Part shown: piece after piece, positions 1 through 8,329 of the stretch
Layout: each line of letters starts with the position of its first letter
How positions within the stretch are numbered: the stretch's first letter is position 1
Assembly: GCA_037138355.1 (NCBI GenBank)
Contig: JBAXIL010000049.1
Coordinates: 1 to 9,813 of the forward strand
DNA length: 9,813 bases
DNA from: a bacterium
GTDB lineage: Bacteria; Oederibacteriota; PGYV01; Palsa-1178
Reading direction: 5' to 3'
The notes under the pieces: model-generated
The model's database searches: none
Told to the model about the DNA's origin: nothing
What the model saw: the letters and a program-made list of their open reading frames with translations, nothing else
Translations under genes and position numbers: made by a program

Positions 1-2514
1 AATATAGTTTGGCAGACAGATTCTATAGATGATTTTATGCCTTATGTAAAGCCATACTGTGATTATGCTAAAGCACAGGGTAGAAAACTGGTGTATTTTC
101 GCTTTGCCAGTCATCCCGAGTTTGTTTCTTTAGATAGCGGGGCAGAGATAGTTTATTTAAAACCAGAAGAAGGTTTTGAAAAATTTATAACCGTTATGCA
201 TGAAGTTATAGGTCGTATAGGTGATGGCGGATATTATATTTTTGATTCGCTCTCAGAACTTGCGGTGGAACACTTTTCTGAATCTATGATAGAAAACTTC
301 TTTTTTTTAACCTGCCCGAGATTGTTAAAAATGAAATGTATCGCTTACTTTATGGTCCTTCGCAATTATAATTCCTATCATGCCACACAGCTTATCACAC
401 GCACAACTCAACTTGTTTTGGATACATATAGCAATCAGGGCAAGCAGTATATACATCCTGTAAAAGTTGACGGTCGTTATTCGCCTACTATGTATATGCT
501 ACACGAAAGAAAGGAAAATGATTTTGTACCTGTTATGGATTCAACTGTCATATCCGAAGTATCAGTATCAGGACCGTGGTATGGGCTACAGTCAGCGCCT
601 TATAGGGCTGTGGGACTTTGGGATAAATTATTTATTGAAGCGGAAAATATTATAGGGTCTTGCAAGAGAGGCGAATGTTCTGAAGAAACAGTTCAGGAAG
701 TTTTTAGACGCCAGCTAAAGCAGGTGATTGCCACTGATGAACGCATGGTCTCTATGGTGCAAAAACATATGGACCTTCCTGGTTTGATACATATTTGGAA
801 ACGCATGATAGGGTCCGGCATGATAGGTGGCAAATCAGTTGGTATGCTTTTGGCACACGATATATTAAAAAAAGAGTTTAGTCGTTATGATGAAATTATG
901 GAAAAGCATGATTCGTTTTATATAGGTTCTGATATATTTTATTCTTTTCTTGTGCAAAACGGTTGTTGGCATACCAGACAAAAACAGAAAGACCAAGAGA
1001 CACTTTTTGACGGAATAGAAGAAGCGCGTGAACATATACTCTCCGGCAGTTTTCCTGAAGAAGTAATAAAAAGATTTTCTGATATGCTTGACTATTTTGG
1101 TCAGGCACCTATCATAGTTCGTTCAAGTAGTCTTTTAGAAGATAATTTCGGAAATGCTTTTTCGGGTAAATACGATTCCATATTTTGTGTGAACAATGGC
1201 ACGCGTGAAGATAGACTGAAAAAATTTTTGGATGCTGTCAGGATCATTTACGCCAGTACTATGAACAGAGAAGCTCTTGCTTATCGTGCACGGCGTAATG
1301 TTTTGGAAAATGACGAGCAAATGGCTTTGCTGGTACAAAGAGTATCAGGGTCAAGATATAAAAATATCTTCATGCCAGAGCTTGCAGGCGTAGGCGTGTC
1401 TTATAATTCATACACTTGGGATGAGACCATAGATCCTGAAGCAGGATTGTTAAGACTTGTTTTTGGTTTAGGCACCAGGGCGGTTGACCGTCATGATGAT
1501 GATTATACGCGTATTGTGGCATTAAATGAGCCTGAAAAGAGACCAGAAGGAAATAGTAGAGAAGTATTGAAGTTTACACAAAAGCGGGTAGATGTGCTGG
1601 ATTTAGCAAAAAATGCTGAGCAGACCTTATACTTTACAGATATTATAAAAGAAAACCCTGATTTGCGGGTTGATTTGTTTTCAACAGAAGTAGAACAAAA
1701 TGGAGCAACACATAAGGTAATAGATTTTAATGCTGTTTTTTCAGAAACAACATTTATAAAAGATATGCGAGAGATACTTACTATACTTAAAGTAGCGTAT
1801 GGTAATCAAGTGGATATAGAGTTCACTGCAAACTTTCTGCCAAATGGGAAATATAGGATAAATCTTTTACAGTGCAGACCACAAAATGTGATAAGGGACG
1901 GCTCGTCTATAAAGGCAATTCCAGACATAGACAGTGAACACATGATTTTAAAAGCATCAGGAGGTATTGTTGGTAGAAGTCGTAATGCAGTAATAGACCG
2001 GATTATATATGTGGTGCCAGCAATTTACGGAAAACTTCCAGAACAAGACAGATATGCCATCGCTCGTTTGGTCGGCAAGCTCGCGCATCATCATGATAAG
2101 GACGAGCACAAAACCATAATGTTACTTGGTCCTGGCAGATGGTGCACAAAAATGCCTTCACTCGGAGTTCCTGTGAATTTTTCGGAAATAAACACTGCGT
2201 CTGTTATATGTGAGATAGGGGCAATGCATGAAGGTTTAACTCCTGACTTATCTATGGGCACGCATTTTTTCAATGATATGGTGGAAATGGATATTTTATA
2301 TATGGGCGTGTTTGTGACAAAAAAAGAAAATATAATAAATGAAGAATTATTATTGAAGTTACCTGACAGATTTTTGGAAATACTGCCTGAAGAAAAAAAG
2401 TGGAAGGGCGCTATACGCTTGATTGAAGGAAGCGACATACCTGATAATGGAAAAATATATTTAAATGCAGATTCGGTCAAACAGGTGAGTGCGGTTTATA
2501 TAGCACAGAGTTAA
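1..2514 (+). CDS. PEP/pyruvate-binding (PPDK_N, ATP-grasp) domain-containing protein, PEP synthase/pyruvate phosphate dikinase-like, function unknown; 5'-partial
   Basis: Frame 1 is open from base 1 (NIVWQTDSIDDF precedes the Met at 37) and there is no SD before 37, so the true start is probably upstream of the window. PPDK/PEPS nucleotide-binding motifs are present: IGGKS (823-837), IVRSSSLLED..AFSGKYDS, MALLVQ, DIEF, LLQCRP. The C-terminus has GPGRW..LGVPV..SxGTHFF. There is no room for a PEP-binding TIM barrel, so it is not a canonical ppsA/ppdK. Confidence 0.88.
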   Translation, partial: NIVWQTDSIDDFMPYVKPYCDYAKAQGRKLVYFRFASHPEFVSLDSGAEIVYLKPEEGFEKFITVMHEVIGRIGDGGYYIFDSLSELAVEHFSESMIENFFFLTCPRLLKMKCIAYFMVLRNYNSYHATQLITRTTQLVLDTYSNQGKQYIHPVKVDGRYSPTMYMLHERKENDFVPVMDSTVISEVSVSGPWYGLQSAPYRAVGLWDKLFIEAENIIGSCKRGECSEETVQEVFRRQLKQVIATDERMVSMVQKHMDLPGLIHIWKRMIGSGMIGGKSVGMLLAHDILKKEFSRYDEIMEKHDSFYIGSDIFYSFLVQNGCWHTRQKQKDQETLFDGIEEAREHILSGSFPEEVIKRFSDMLDYFGQAPIIVRSSSLLEDNFGNAFSGKYDSIFCVNNGTREDRLKKFLDAVRIIYASTMNREALAYRARRNVLENDEQMALLVQRVSGSRYKNIFMPELAGVGVSYNSYTWDETIDPEAGLLRLVFGLGTRAVDRHDDDYTRIVALNEPEKRPEGNSREVLKFTQKRVDVLDLAKNAEQTLYFTDIIKENPDLRVDLFSTEVEQNGATHKVIDFNAVFSETTFIKDMREILTILKVAYGNQVDIEFTANFLPNGKYRINLLQCRPQNVIRDGSSIKAIPDIDSEHMILKASGGIVGRSRNAVIDRIIYVVPAIYGKLPEQDRYAIARLVGKLAHHHDKDEHKTIMLLGPGRWCTKMPSLGVPVNFSEINTASVICEIGAMHEGLTPDLSMGTHFFNDMVEMDILYMGVFVTKKENIINEELLLKLPDRFLEILPEEKKWKGAIRLIEGSDIPDNGKIYLNADSVKQVSAVYIAQS

Positions 2515-2564
2515 GTTGTCTGATAAAATAATATTTTAGTATTGGCGTCGATAAAAAAAGCAAA

Positions 2565-2608
2565 GCTTTTTCAGTGTTAGTACTCTGTCGGAAGAGTACT
2601 GGAAAAGC
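2565..2608 (+). other. Extended intergenic stem-loop just upstream of the DUF1846 gene RBS
   Basis: Inner perfect 8-bp stem AGTACTCT (2579-2586)/AGAGTACT (2593-2600) with loop GTCGGA. Outer stem GCTTTTTC (2565-2572)/GGAAAAGC (2601-2608) with one G-U pair. No downstream U-tract on the + strand. Confidence 0.6.
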
Positions 2609-2626
2609 CATAGAAGGGGTGTTTTA

Positions 2627-4141
2627 ATGACTGTAAAAAATGGTTTTGATAATGAGAAGTATTTGACAGAACAAACAGCTGCCATACTTGAAAGGGTAAA
2701 AAAATTCAACAATAAGCTTTATCTTGAATTCGGTGGCAAGCTTATGTTTGATTTTCACGCTGCCAGAGTGTTGCCAGGCTATGATCCAAATGTAAAAATT
2801 AGGCTCCTCCAAAAGTTAAAAGATAAAGCAGGTATTTTGATAGCCATATACGCTGGCGCGATTGAAAGAAAAAAAGTCCGCGCGGATTTTGGAATCACTT
2901 ATGATGCGGATGTTATGAAACTTATTGACGAACTTAAAGAATTGGGGCTTGATGTTATTGGCGTTGTTATTACCCGTTTTGAAGGACAACCATCTGCTCA
3001 ACTTTTTAAAATCAAACTTGAGCGTAGGGGGGTCAAAGTTTATACCCATAAATTTACAAAAGGCTATCCTACAGATGTTGATTTGATAGTAAGTGATGAA
3101 GGATATGGCGCTAACGATTACATAGAAACAGATAAACCGCTTGTGGTTGTAACCGGACCTGGTCCAAATAGCGGTAAGCTCGCCACTTGTTTATCTCAAC
3201 TTTATCATGATCATAAAAGAGGAATTTCATCTTCTTACGCAAAGTTTGAAACATTTCCAATTTGGAATCTTCCTTTGAAGCATCCTGTAAACGCTGCTTA
3301 TGAAGCTGCGACCGCGGATTTGAAAGATGTAAATCTCATAGATCCTTTTCATATGGCGGCTTATAATAAGGTCACAGTTAACTATAATCGGGATGTGGAG
3401 TGCTTTCCTGTAATAAGCAGGATTCTAAAAAAAATCATGGGTGGGGATGTTTATAAATCACCGACCGATATGGGTGTTAATCGTGCAGGTTTTGGTATTG
3501 TGAATGATGAAGAGTGCCAAAATGCGGCGAAGCAAGAAATCATAAGAAGACATTTTAGATATAAATGCGAATATTTGGCAGGTTTAGTGGATGAGGAATC
3601 AGCACAAAAATGCCAATTGCTCATGGAAGAAAATGGAGTAAAAGAAGAGGATCGTTTGGTGGTTCCACCTGCGAGAAAAGTATCTTCTGATTTGGAAAAA
3701 ACAGGGAGTGGGAATGAAGGTATATGTTGTGGTGCTGCACTGGAGCTCAAAGACGGAACTATAATAACAGGAAAAAACTCTATGACTTTACATGCTACAT
3801 CAAGTCTCGTGCTTAATTCTATAAAACATTTGGCGGAAGTACCGGATAAAATACATTTGCTTCCACCGAATATAATAGAAGCTATAGGTAAATTTAAAAA
3901 AGAGATATTTGGTAAGAAATCAGTTAGCTTGGATTTAGAAGAAACTTTAATCGCGCTTAGCATAAGCGCCACTCAAAATCCTACAGCCCAACTCGCAGTG
4001 GAAAAGCTCAAAGAATTAAATGGCTGTGAAATGCACATAACACACATGCCAACCCCAGGTGATGAAATGGGTTTAAAAAGATTAGGTGTTAACTTAACTG
4101 CAGACCCTAACTTTTCATCAACAAGTCTTTTTGTAAGTTGA
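2627..4141 (+). CDS. DUF1846 (UPF0371) family protein
   Basis: 504-aa ORF with SD-like GAAGGGGT (2613-2620). Family-typical motifs: GFDNEKYL, KLYLEFGGKL.FD.HAARVLPG, KKVRADFGITYD, VVVTGPGPNSGKLATCLSQLYH, YAKFETFPIWNLPLKHPVN.AYEAATADL, YKSPTDMGVN. Confidence 0.92.
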   Translation: MTVKNGFDNEKYLTEQTAAILERVKKFNNKLYLEFGGKLMFDFHAARVLPGYDPNVKIRLLQKLKDKAGILIAIYAGAIERKKVRADFGITYDADVMKLIDELKELGLDVIGVVITRFEGQPSAQLFKIKLERRGVKVYTHKFTKGYPTDVDLIVSDEGYGANDYIETDKPLVVVTGPGPNSGKLATCLSQLYHDHKRGISSSYAKFETFPIWNLPLKHPVNAAYEAATADLKDVNLIDPFHMAAYNKVTVNYNRDVECFPVISRILKKIMGGDVYKSPTDMGVNRAGFGIVNDEECQNAAKQEIIRRHFRYKCEYLAGLVDEESAQKCQLLMEENGVKEEDRLVVPPARKVSSDLEKTGSGNEGICCGAALELKDGTIITGKNSMTLHATSSLVLNSIKHLAEVPDKIHLLPPNIIEAIGKFKKEIFGKKSVSLDLEETLIALSISATQNPTAQLAVEKLKELNGCEMHITHMPTPGDEMGLKRLGVNLTADPNFSSTSLFVS

Positions 4142-4244
4142 AGAGAAGAAACATTTTTTGAATTTTATTAAATACAATATCAAAATAAAAGGTATAATGA
4201 AAATATGATTAGAGAGTTTACTATTAAAATAAAGGAGTAAATAA

Positions 4245-4811
4245 ATGTTGAAAAATATTTTTCTTGCTTTCATTCCACTTTTTGTTGCGGTCAATGCCAT
4301 AGGTGTGCTGCCAATGTTTATTTCATTAACTCAAGATGTAAAGCAAACTGAACTTAAAAAAGTTCTACTGCAATCTTTTATCACAGGCGTTTCCTTAGCA
4401 CTTGGATTTATCCTTATAGGTAAGTGGCTGTTTTCTGTTTTAGGAATTACTGTTTTTGATTTTATGATAGCCGGAGGATTCATTCTTTTCTTTGTTGCTT
4501 TGCGCGATATGTTTTTCCCAGGAAGACAGGCGGCTGTAGCGGCTGAATTAGGAGCCGTACCACTTGGAACACCGCTTATTGTAGGTCCTGGAGTGCTTAC
4601 AACTTGTCTTATCATAGTGGACCAGTACGGTGTTTGGCCTACGGTCATTTCGGTTGTAGTTAATGTAGCAATCGCTGTTACGATATTTGGTTTTTCAGGA
4701 TTTATCATAAAAGCCATAGGAAAAACAGGAGTGTCAGCTATGTCCCGTATTATGGCACTACTTCTGGCTGCAATTGCTGTTATGATGATTAGAAAAGGTT
4801 TTTTAGGCTAA
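4245..4811 (+). CDS. MarC family (UPF0056) integral membrane protein
   Basis: 188-aa, highly hydrophobic ORF (about 6 TM segments) with strong SD AAAGGAG (4231-4237). MarC motifs: LFVAVNAIG..P.F, FMIAGG..LF, AVPLGTPLIVGPG, G....SRIMALLLAAIAVMM...G. Confidence 0.9.
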   Translation: MLKNIFLAFIPLFVAVNAIGVLPMFISLTQDVKQTELKKVLLQSFITGVSLALGFILIGKWLFSVLGITVFDFMIAGGFILFFVALRDMFFPGRQAAVAAELGAVPLGTPLIVGPGVLTTCLIIVDQYGVWPTVISVVVNVAIAVTIFGFSGFIIKAIGKTGVSAMSRIMALLLAAIAVMMIRKGFLG

Positions 4812-4860
4812 TAAATACAAGCCAAAATAAGGTTTCCCTTATACAAACTCTGCACAGGTA

Positions 4861-4889
4861 TTGACTTTAAACAGTAAAAAACATATAAT
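4861..4889 (+). promoter_or_regulatory. Sigma70/SigA-type promoter for the grpE-dnaJ-fixC-fixX-coaX cluster
   Basis: TTGACT (4861-4866), 17-nt spacer, TATAAT (4884-4889): 11/12 consensus match with optimal spacing, in the intergenic region before grpE. Confidence 0.8.
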
Positions 4890-4965
4890 TCTTTTTGTCC
4901 TTAAACGGTACTAAACCCAAACGCTGCATCTTTTGTGGCGATTATATTATGCTGGAGGCCTTGCA

Positions 4966-5589
4966 ATGCAAGAAGATAAAAAAGAAGAAGAAAAAAAGGA
5001 ACCTGAAAAAAACGCTGAGATACCTGTGACTGCACCTGAACCAGTTATAGAAGAAAAAAAAGAAAAAACAATTGAAGATATACTTCAGGAAAAAGATGAA
5101 AATATAGCTGAAATGACAGATAAATATTTGAGGGCTTTAGCAGAACAGGATAATTATCGCAAGCGCATGCAAAAGGATAAAGAAGATTTTATTAAGTTCA
5201 CGAGAAGCGAGATTGTGTTGGCGTTTCTTCCTGTCGTGGATAATTTTGAGCGCGCAATCACATCGGCAGATAAATCAAAAGATTTTGCACAATTAAAAAA
5301 AGGAATAGATATGGTGCTAAAGCAGTTTGAAAACACTATGAAAGACATGGGCGTAAAGGAAATACCAGCACATGGAATTTTTGACCCTAATAATCACCAT
5401 GTGGTACATAAAGAACATGTGGATGGAAAAAAAGATGGAGAAATATTGGAAGTCTTCCAAAAAGGTTACATACTTGATGGCAAGGTAGTAAGACCTTCTA
5501 TGGTGAAAGTCGCAATTAATGAAGTGCACAAAAAAGAAAATCACGAACATAAAAAAGACGAACACAAAAATAATGAAAATAAGAAATGA
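4966..5589 (+). CDS. grpE: Nucleotide exchange factor GrpE
   Basis: Acidic, disordered N-terminus followed by DKYLRALAEQDNYRKR, FLPVVDNFERA, FDPNNH and FQKGYILDGKVVRPSMVKV. Start moved from the TTG at 4933 to the in-frame ATG at 4966, which has GGAGG (4954-4958) 7 nt upstream. Confidence 0.95.
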   Translation: MQEDKKEEEKKEPEKNAEIPVTAPEPVIEEKKEKTIEDILQEKDENIAEMTDKYLRALAEQDNYRKRMQKDKEDFIKFTRSEIVLAFLPVVDNFERAITSADKSKDFAQLKKGIDMVLKQFENTMKDMGVKEIPAHGIFDPNNHHVVHKEHVDGKKDGEILEVFQKGYILDGKVVRPSMVKVAINEVHKKENHEHKKDEHKNNENKK

Positions 5590-5600
5590 GGAAATATTAA

Positions 5601-6743
5601 ATGCCTGATAAAGACCTATATGCTCTGCTGGGAGTTTCTAAATCTGCAACCCCTGAAGAATTAAAAAATGCTTTTCGTAATAAAGCAAAAGTTTATCACC
5701 CTGATGTGCATGTGGGCGATAAAAAAATAGCAGAAGAAAAATTTAAAGAAATAGGCGAGGCCTATCAGATTTTATCTGACCCACAAAAAAGAAGCATATA
5801 TGACCAAGTGGGATATGAAGGCATGAAAGGCCGCGGCGGCTCACAGCAATACGGTGGGTTTGATGATATGGGCGATATGTTTGGAGACATCTCAGATATT
5901 TTTGGAGATTTATTTGGTTTTGGCGGCGGTACTGGTAAACGCGGAGGTGGGAGAAGTCGTAAACGCACAGGGGATGATATAAGATTTGATACTTCATTAA
6001 CACTTGAAGATATTGCTTTTGGAAAAACAGAAAATGTAGAAGTAGGACGCAAAGAACCATGTGAGACCTGTAAGGGTAAAGGCATAAAACCAGGGACAAG
6101 TAAAAATACTTGTAAGACCTGTGGTGGAGCTGGAAAAGTAAGACAGGCAAGTGGATTTTTTTCTGTAGTGACTACTTGTCCTACCTGTGGTGGTGCTGGA
6201 GAAACAGCGGAACATTACTGTGATGAATGTGCAGGCTCTGGTGTGCGCATGAAAAGAAGAACCATAGAAGTTAAAGTTCCTGCGGGAGTAGAAGAGGGAC
6301 AATATATAAAACTTTCAGGAGAAGGACATACTGGTGCAAATGGTGGCGGTAGTGGAGACCTGTATGTGGTAGTAAATATAAAACATCATGAAATTTATAA
6401 ACGCGAGGCAGACGATATAATTCTTGAAGTGCCTGTTACTATAATGCAGGCAGTTTTAGGAGATGAGATAGAAGTACCTACGCTTTATGGAAATCACAAA
6501 CTCAAAATACCAGCAGGAACACAAAATGGCGAAAAGCTTGTAATTAAAGGCAAGGGTTTGACGAGACTTCATTCACAATCAAAAGGTGATATGAATATAA
6601 TTATACATATAGAGATTCCTAAGGGAATAAATTCAAAGTTGAAAGATGCTTATAAAAGTGTTAAAATACTGGAATCAGAAGATAATTATGAGGCAGTAAA
6701 ACGCGCTTCAAGAGCATTTAAAAAGTATAAAAAAGAGGTGTAA
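5601..6743 (+). CDS. dnaJ: Molecular chaperone DnaJ (class A)
   Basis: J-domain with HPD and AYQILSDPQKR, G/F-rich linker with DIF motif, four CxxCxGxG zinc-finger repeats (CETCKGKG, CKTCGGAG, CPTCGGAG, CDECAGSG), and C-terminal IPAGTQNG. SD GAGGA (5588-5592) overlaps the grpE stop. Confidence 0.97.
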   Translation: MPDKDLYALLGVSKSATPEELKNAFRNKAKVYHPDVHVGDKKIAEEKFKEIGEAYQILSDPQKRSIYDQVGYEGMKGRGGSQQYGGFDDMGDMFGDISDIFGDLFGFGGGTGKRGGGRSRKRTGDDIRFDTSLTLEDIAFGKTENVEVGRKEPCETCKGKGIKPGTSKNTCKTCGGAGKVRQASGFFSVVTTCPTCGGAGETAEHYCDECAGSGVRMKRRTIEVKVPAGVEEGQYIKLSGEGHTGANGGGSGDLYVVVNIKHHEIYKREADDIILEVPVTIMQAVLGDEIEVPTLYGNHKLKIPAGTQNGEKLVIKGKGLTRLHSQSKGDMNIIIHIEIPKGINSKLKDAYKSVKILESEDNYEAVKRASRAFKKYKKEV

Positions 6744-6746
6744 TAA

Positions 6747-8051
6747 ATGGCTGATGAAAAGTTTGATGCCATAGTTGTTGGCGGAGGTCCTGCTGGATTG
6801 ACTGCGGCCTATGTCATGGCTAAGGCGGGTATGCAGGTTATAGTGGTAGAAAGAGGGGAACACTGCGGTGCTAAAAATGTGTTTGGTGGTATATTTTTTA
6901 CCAATGTTTTAAAGGAAATAATGCCTGATTTCATGAACGATGCCCCTATAGAAAGAAATGTAACCAAAAGGCGTTTTGCTCTTTTGACACCAGATGGAGA
7001 AATGGGTGGAGATTTTAAGTTTGATAAGTTTAATAAAGATTTTTCAAATAATTCTTTCACAGTCATGCGTTCAAAGTTTGATAAATGGATGTCTGATAAG
7101 GCGGAAGCCGCAGGCGCAATGATAATCACTGGCACAGTAGTAGATGATTTTTTAATGAAGGACGGAAAAATCGCTGGAGTAAAAGCGCGCATGGAAGACG
7201 GCGATTTATTTGGGGATATTATTGTTTTAGCGGACGGAGTTAACTCACTTCTGGCAAAAAAATTAAACTTTCACAAAGAGCTCGATCCTGCGAGTACTAT
7301 CATAGGCGTTAAGGAAGTTATCGCTTTGTCTGAGGAACGCATTCGCGATAGGTTCGGCTTGACTGGCAATGAAGGAGCGGCATACGAGTACTTCGGTTAT
7401 GCGGCAAAAGGCGCTATAGGTTCTGGTTTTATTTATACAAATAAAGATACCATATCGGTCGGAGTGGGAGCTACTATCAAATCCCTGCTCGAACATAAGC
7501 TTAATCCAAATGATGTGCTTGAGGCATTTAAAAATCATCCTACAGTTGCGCCTTTGGTGCGTGACGGTGAGCAGAAAGAATATTCAGCACATTTAATACC
7601 TGATGGCGGTTATAATAAGCTTTCAAAATTGTCAGGGGATAATGTAATGGTAGTTGGCGATGCAGCAGGTTTTGTAAATGCTACGCTTTTCCACGAAGGA
7701 ACCAATCTTGCTATGGAGACAGGCAAGCTCGCAGGAGAAACGGCTATAGAAGCTTTTAAGAAAAAAGATTTCTCTGCGCTTTCACTTTCTCTTTATGACA
7801 CAAAGCTAAAAAATTCCTTCCCTATGAAAGATTTAAAACAGTTTAGAAATACTGGTAAAACTTTAGAACATAGTCCGAAAATGTTTGAAAAATATCCTAT
7901 TTTATTTGGAGAATTAGTGTCTGAACTTTTTACAGTAGATGGCGAGCCAAAGTGGAACAAAGAAAAAAGATTATTAACAAAACTATTAACTTCAGAAAAT
8001 CCTTTCAGCTTGCTTAAGACACTGATAGACATGAGGAGGGTAATAATATGA
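6747..8051 (+). CDS. fixC: FixC-family FAD-dependent oxidoreductase (ETF:quinone oxidoreductase-like flavoprotein)
   Basis: Rossmann motif FDAIVVGGGPAG plus ERG..CGAKNVFGG, ADGVNS, GFIYTNKDTISVG, EYSAHLIP.GG, VGDAAG and EGTNLAM. Directly followed by a FixX-like ferredoxin, the canonical fixCX pairing. SD GAGGTG lies inside the dnaJ 3' end. Confidence 0.88.
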   Translation: MADEKFDAIVVGGGPAGLTAAYVMAKAGMQVIVVERGEHCGAKNVFGGIFFTNVLKEIMPDFMNDAPIERNVTKRRFALLTPDGEMGGDFKFDKFNKDFSNNSFTVMRSKFDKWMSDKAEAAGAMIITGTVVDDFLMKDGKIAGVKARMEDGDLFGDIIVLADGVNSLLAKKLNFHKELDPASTIIGVKEVIALSEERIRDRFGLTGNEGAAYEYFGYAAKGAIGSGFIYTNKDTISVGVGATIKSLLEHKLNPNDVLEAFKNHPTVAPLVRDGEQKEYSAHLIPDGGYNKLSKLSGDNVMVVGDAAGFVNATLFHEGTNLAMETGKLAGETAIEAFKKKDFSALSLSLYDTKLKNSFPMKDLKQFRNTGKTLEHSPKMFEKYPILFGELVSELFTVDGEPKWNKEKRLLTKLLTSENPFSLLKTLIDMRRVII

Positions 8052-8326
8052 AACAATTTACAACAATGGAAGATAAGTTGGGCTTAAATAAGTTCACTGC
8101 TTTTGAAAAAACGCACTTATCCATAAAACCAGGTGCGGACCCAATGGTGGTAGAACATAAGTTGTTTATTTGTCCAGCAAAAGTATATGAATTAAGCGAT
8201 AAAGGCGTGCCAATAGTATCTTTTGAAAATTGTTTAGAGTGCGGAACTTGTAGAGTAGCAGCACCAGAAGAAGTAGAGTGGGCATATCCGCAGGGCGGCT
8301 ATGGTGTCACTTTTAAGTTCGGATAA
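8048..8326 (+). CDS. fixX: FixX-like ferredoxin (probably one 4Fe-4S cluster)
   Basis: 92 aa with CPAKVY...CLECGTCR and C-terminal W.YP.GG.GV.FKFG, typical of FixX; four Cys in total. ATGA overlap with the fixC stop, SD AGGAGG (8034-8039). Confidence 0.9.
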   Translation: MKQFTTMEDKLGLNKFTAFEKTHLSIKPGADPMVVEHKLFICPAKVYELSDKGVPIVSFENCLECGTCRVAAPEEVEWAYPQGGYGVTFKFG

Positions 8327-8329
8327 TAA

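Noticed and set aside
1..2514. Annotation as true ppsA/ppdK
   Set aside because: It lacks the C-terminal PEP/pyruvate-binding TIM barrel and the canonical GGxTSHAA motif, and it has a long extra N-terminal region.
2537..2572. ANTAR dual-hairpin motif or sigma54 promoter (ATTGGC, GCAAAG)
   Set aside because: The hexaloop-like words lack proper closing stems, and the GG-to-GC spacing is 14 nt rather than the 10 required for sigma54.
4168..4198. Promoter for the MarC gene (TATAAT at 4193-4198)
   Set aside because: There is no convincing -35 at 16-18 nt and no TG extension; TATAAT alone is weak evidence in such AT-rich DNA.
4827..4842. Hairpin ATAAGG-TTTC-CCTTAT after the MarC gene as a terminator
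   Set aside because: Only 6 bp, AT-rich and with no U-tract; too weak to call.
4933..4965. TTG start for grpE given in the ORF track
   Set aside because: It has no SD upstream, and this segment itself contains the GGAGG SD for the ATG at 4966.
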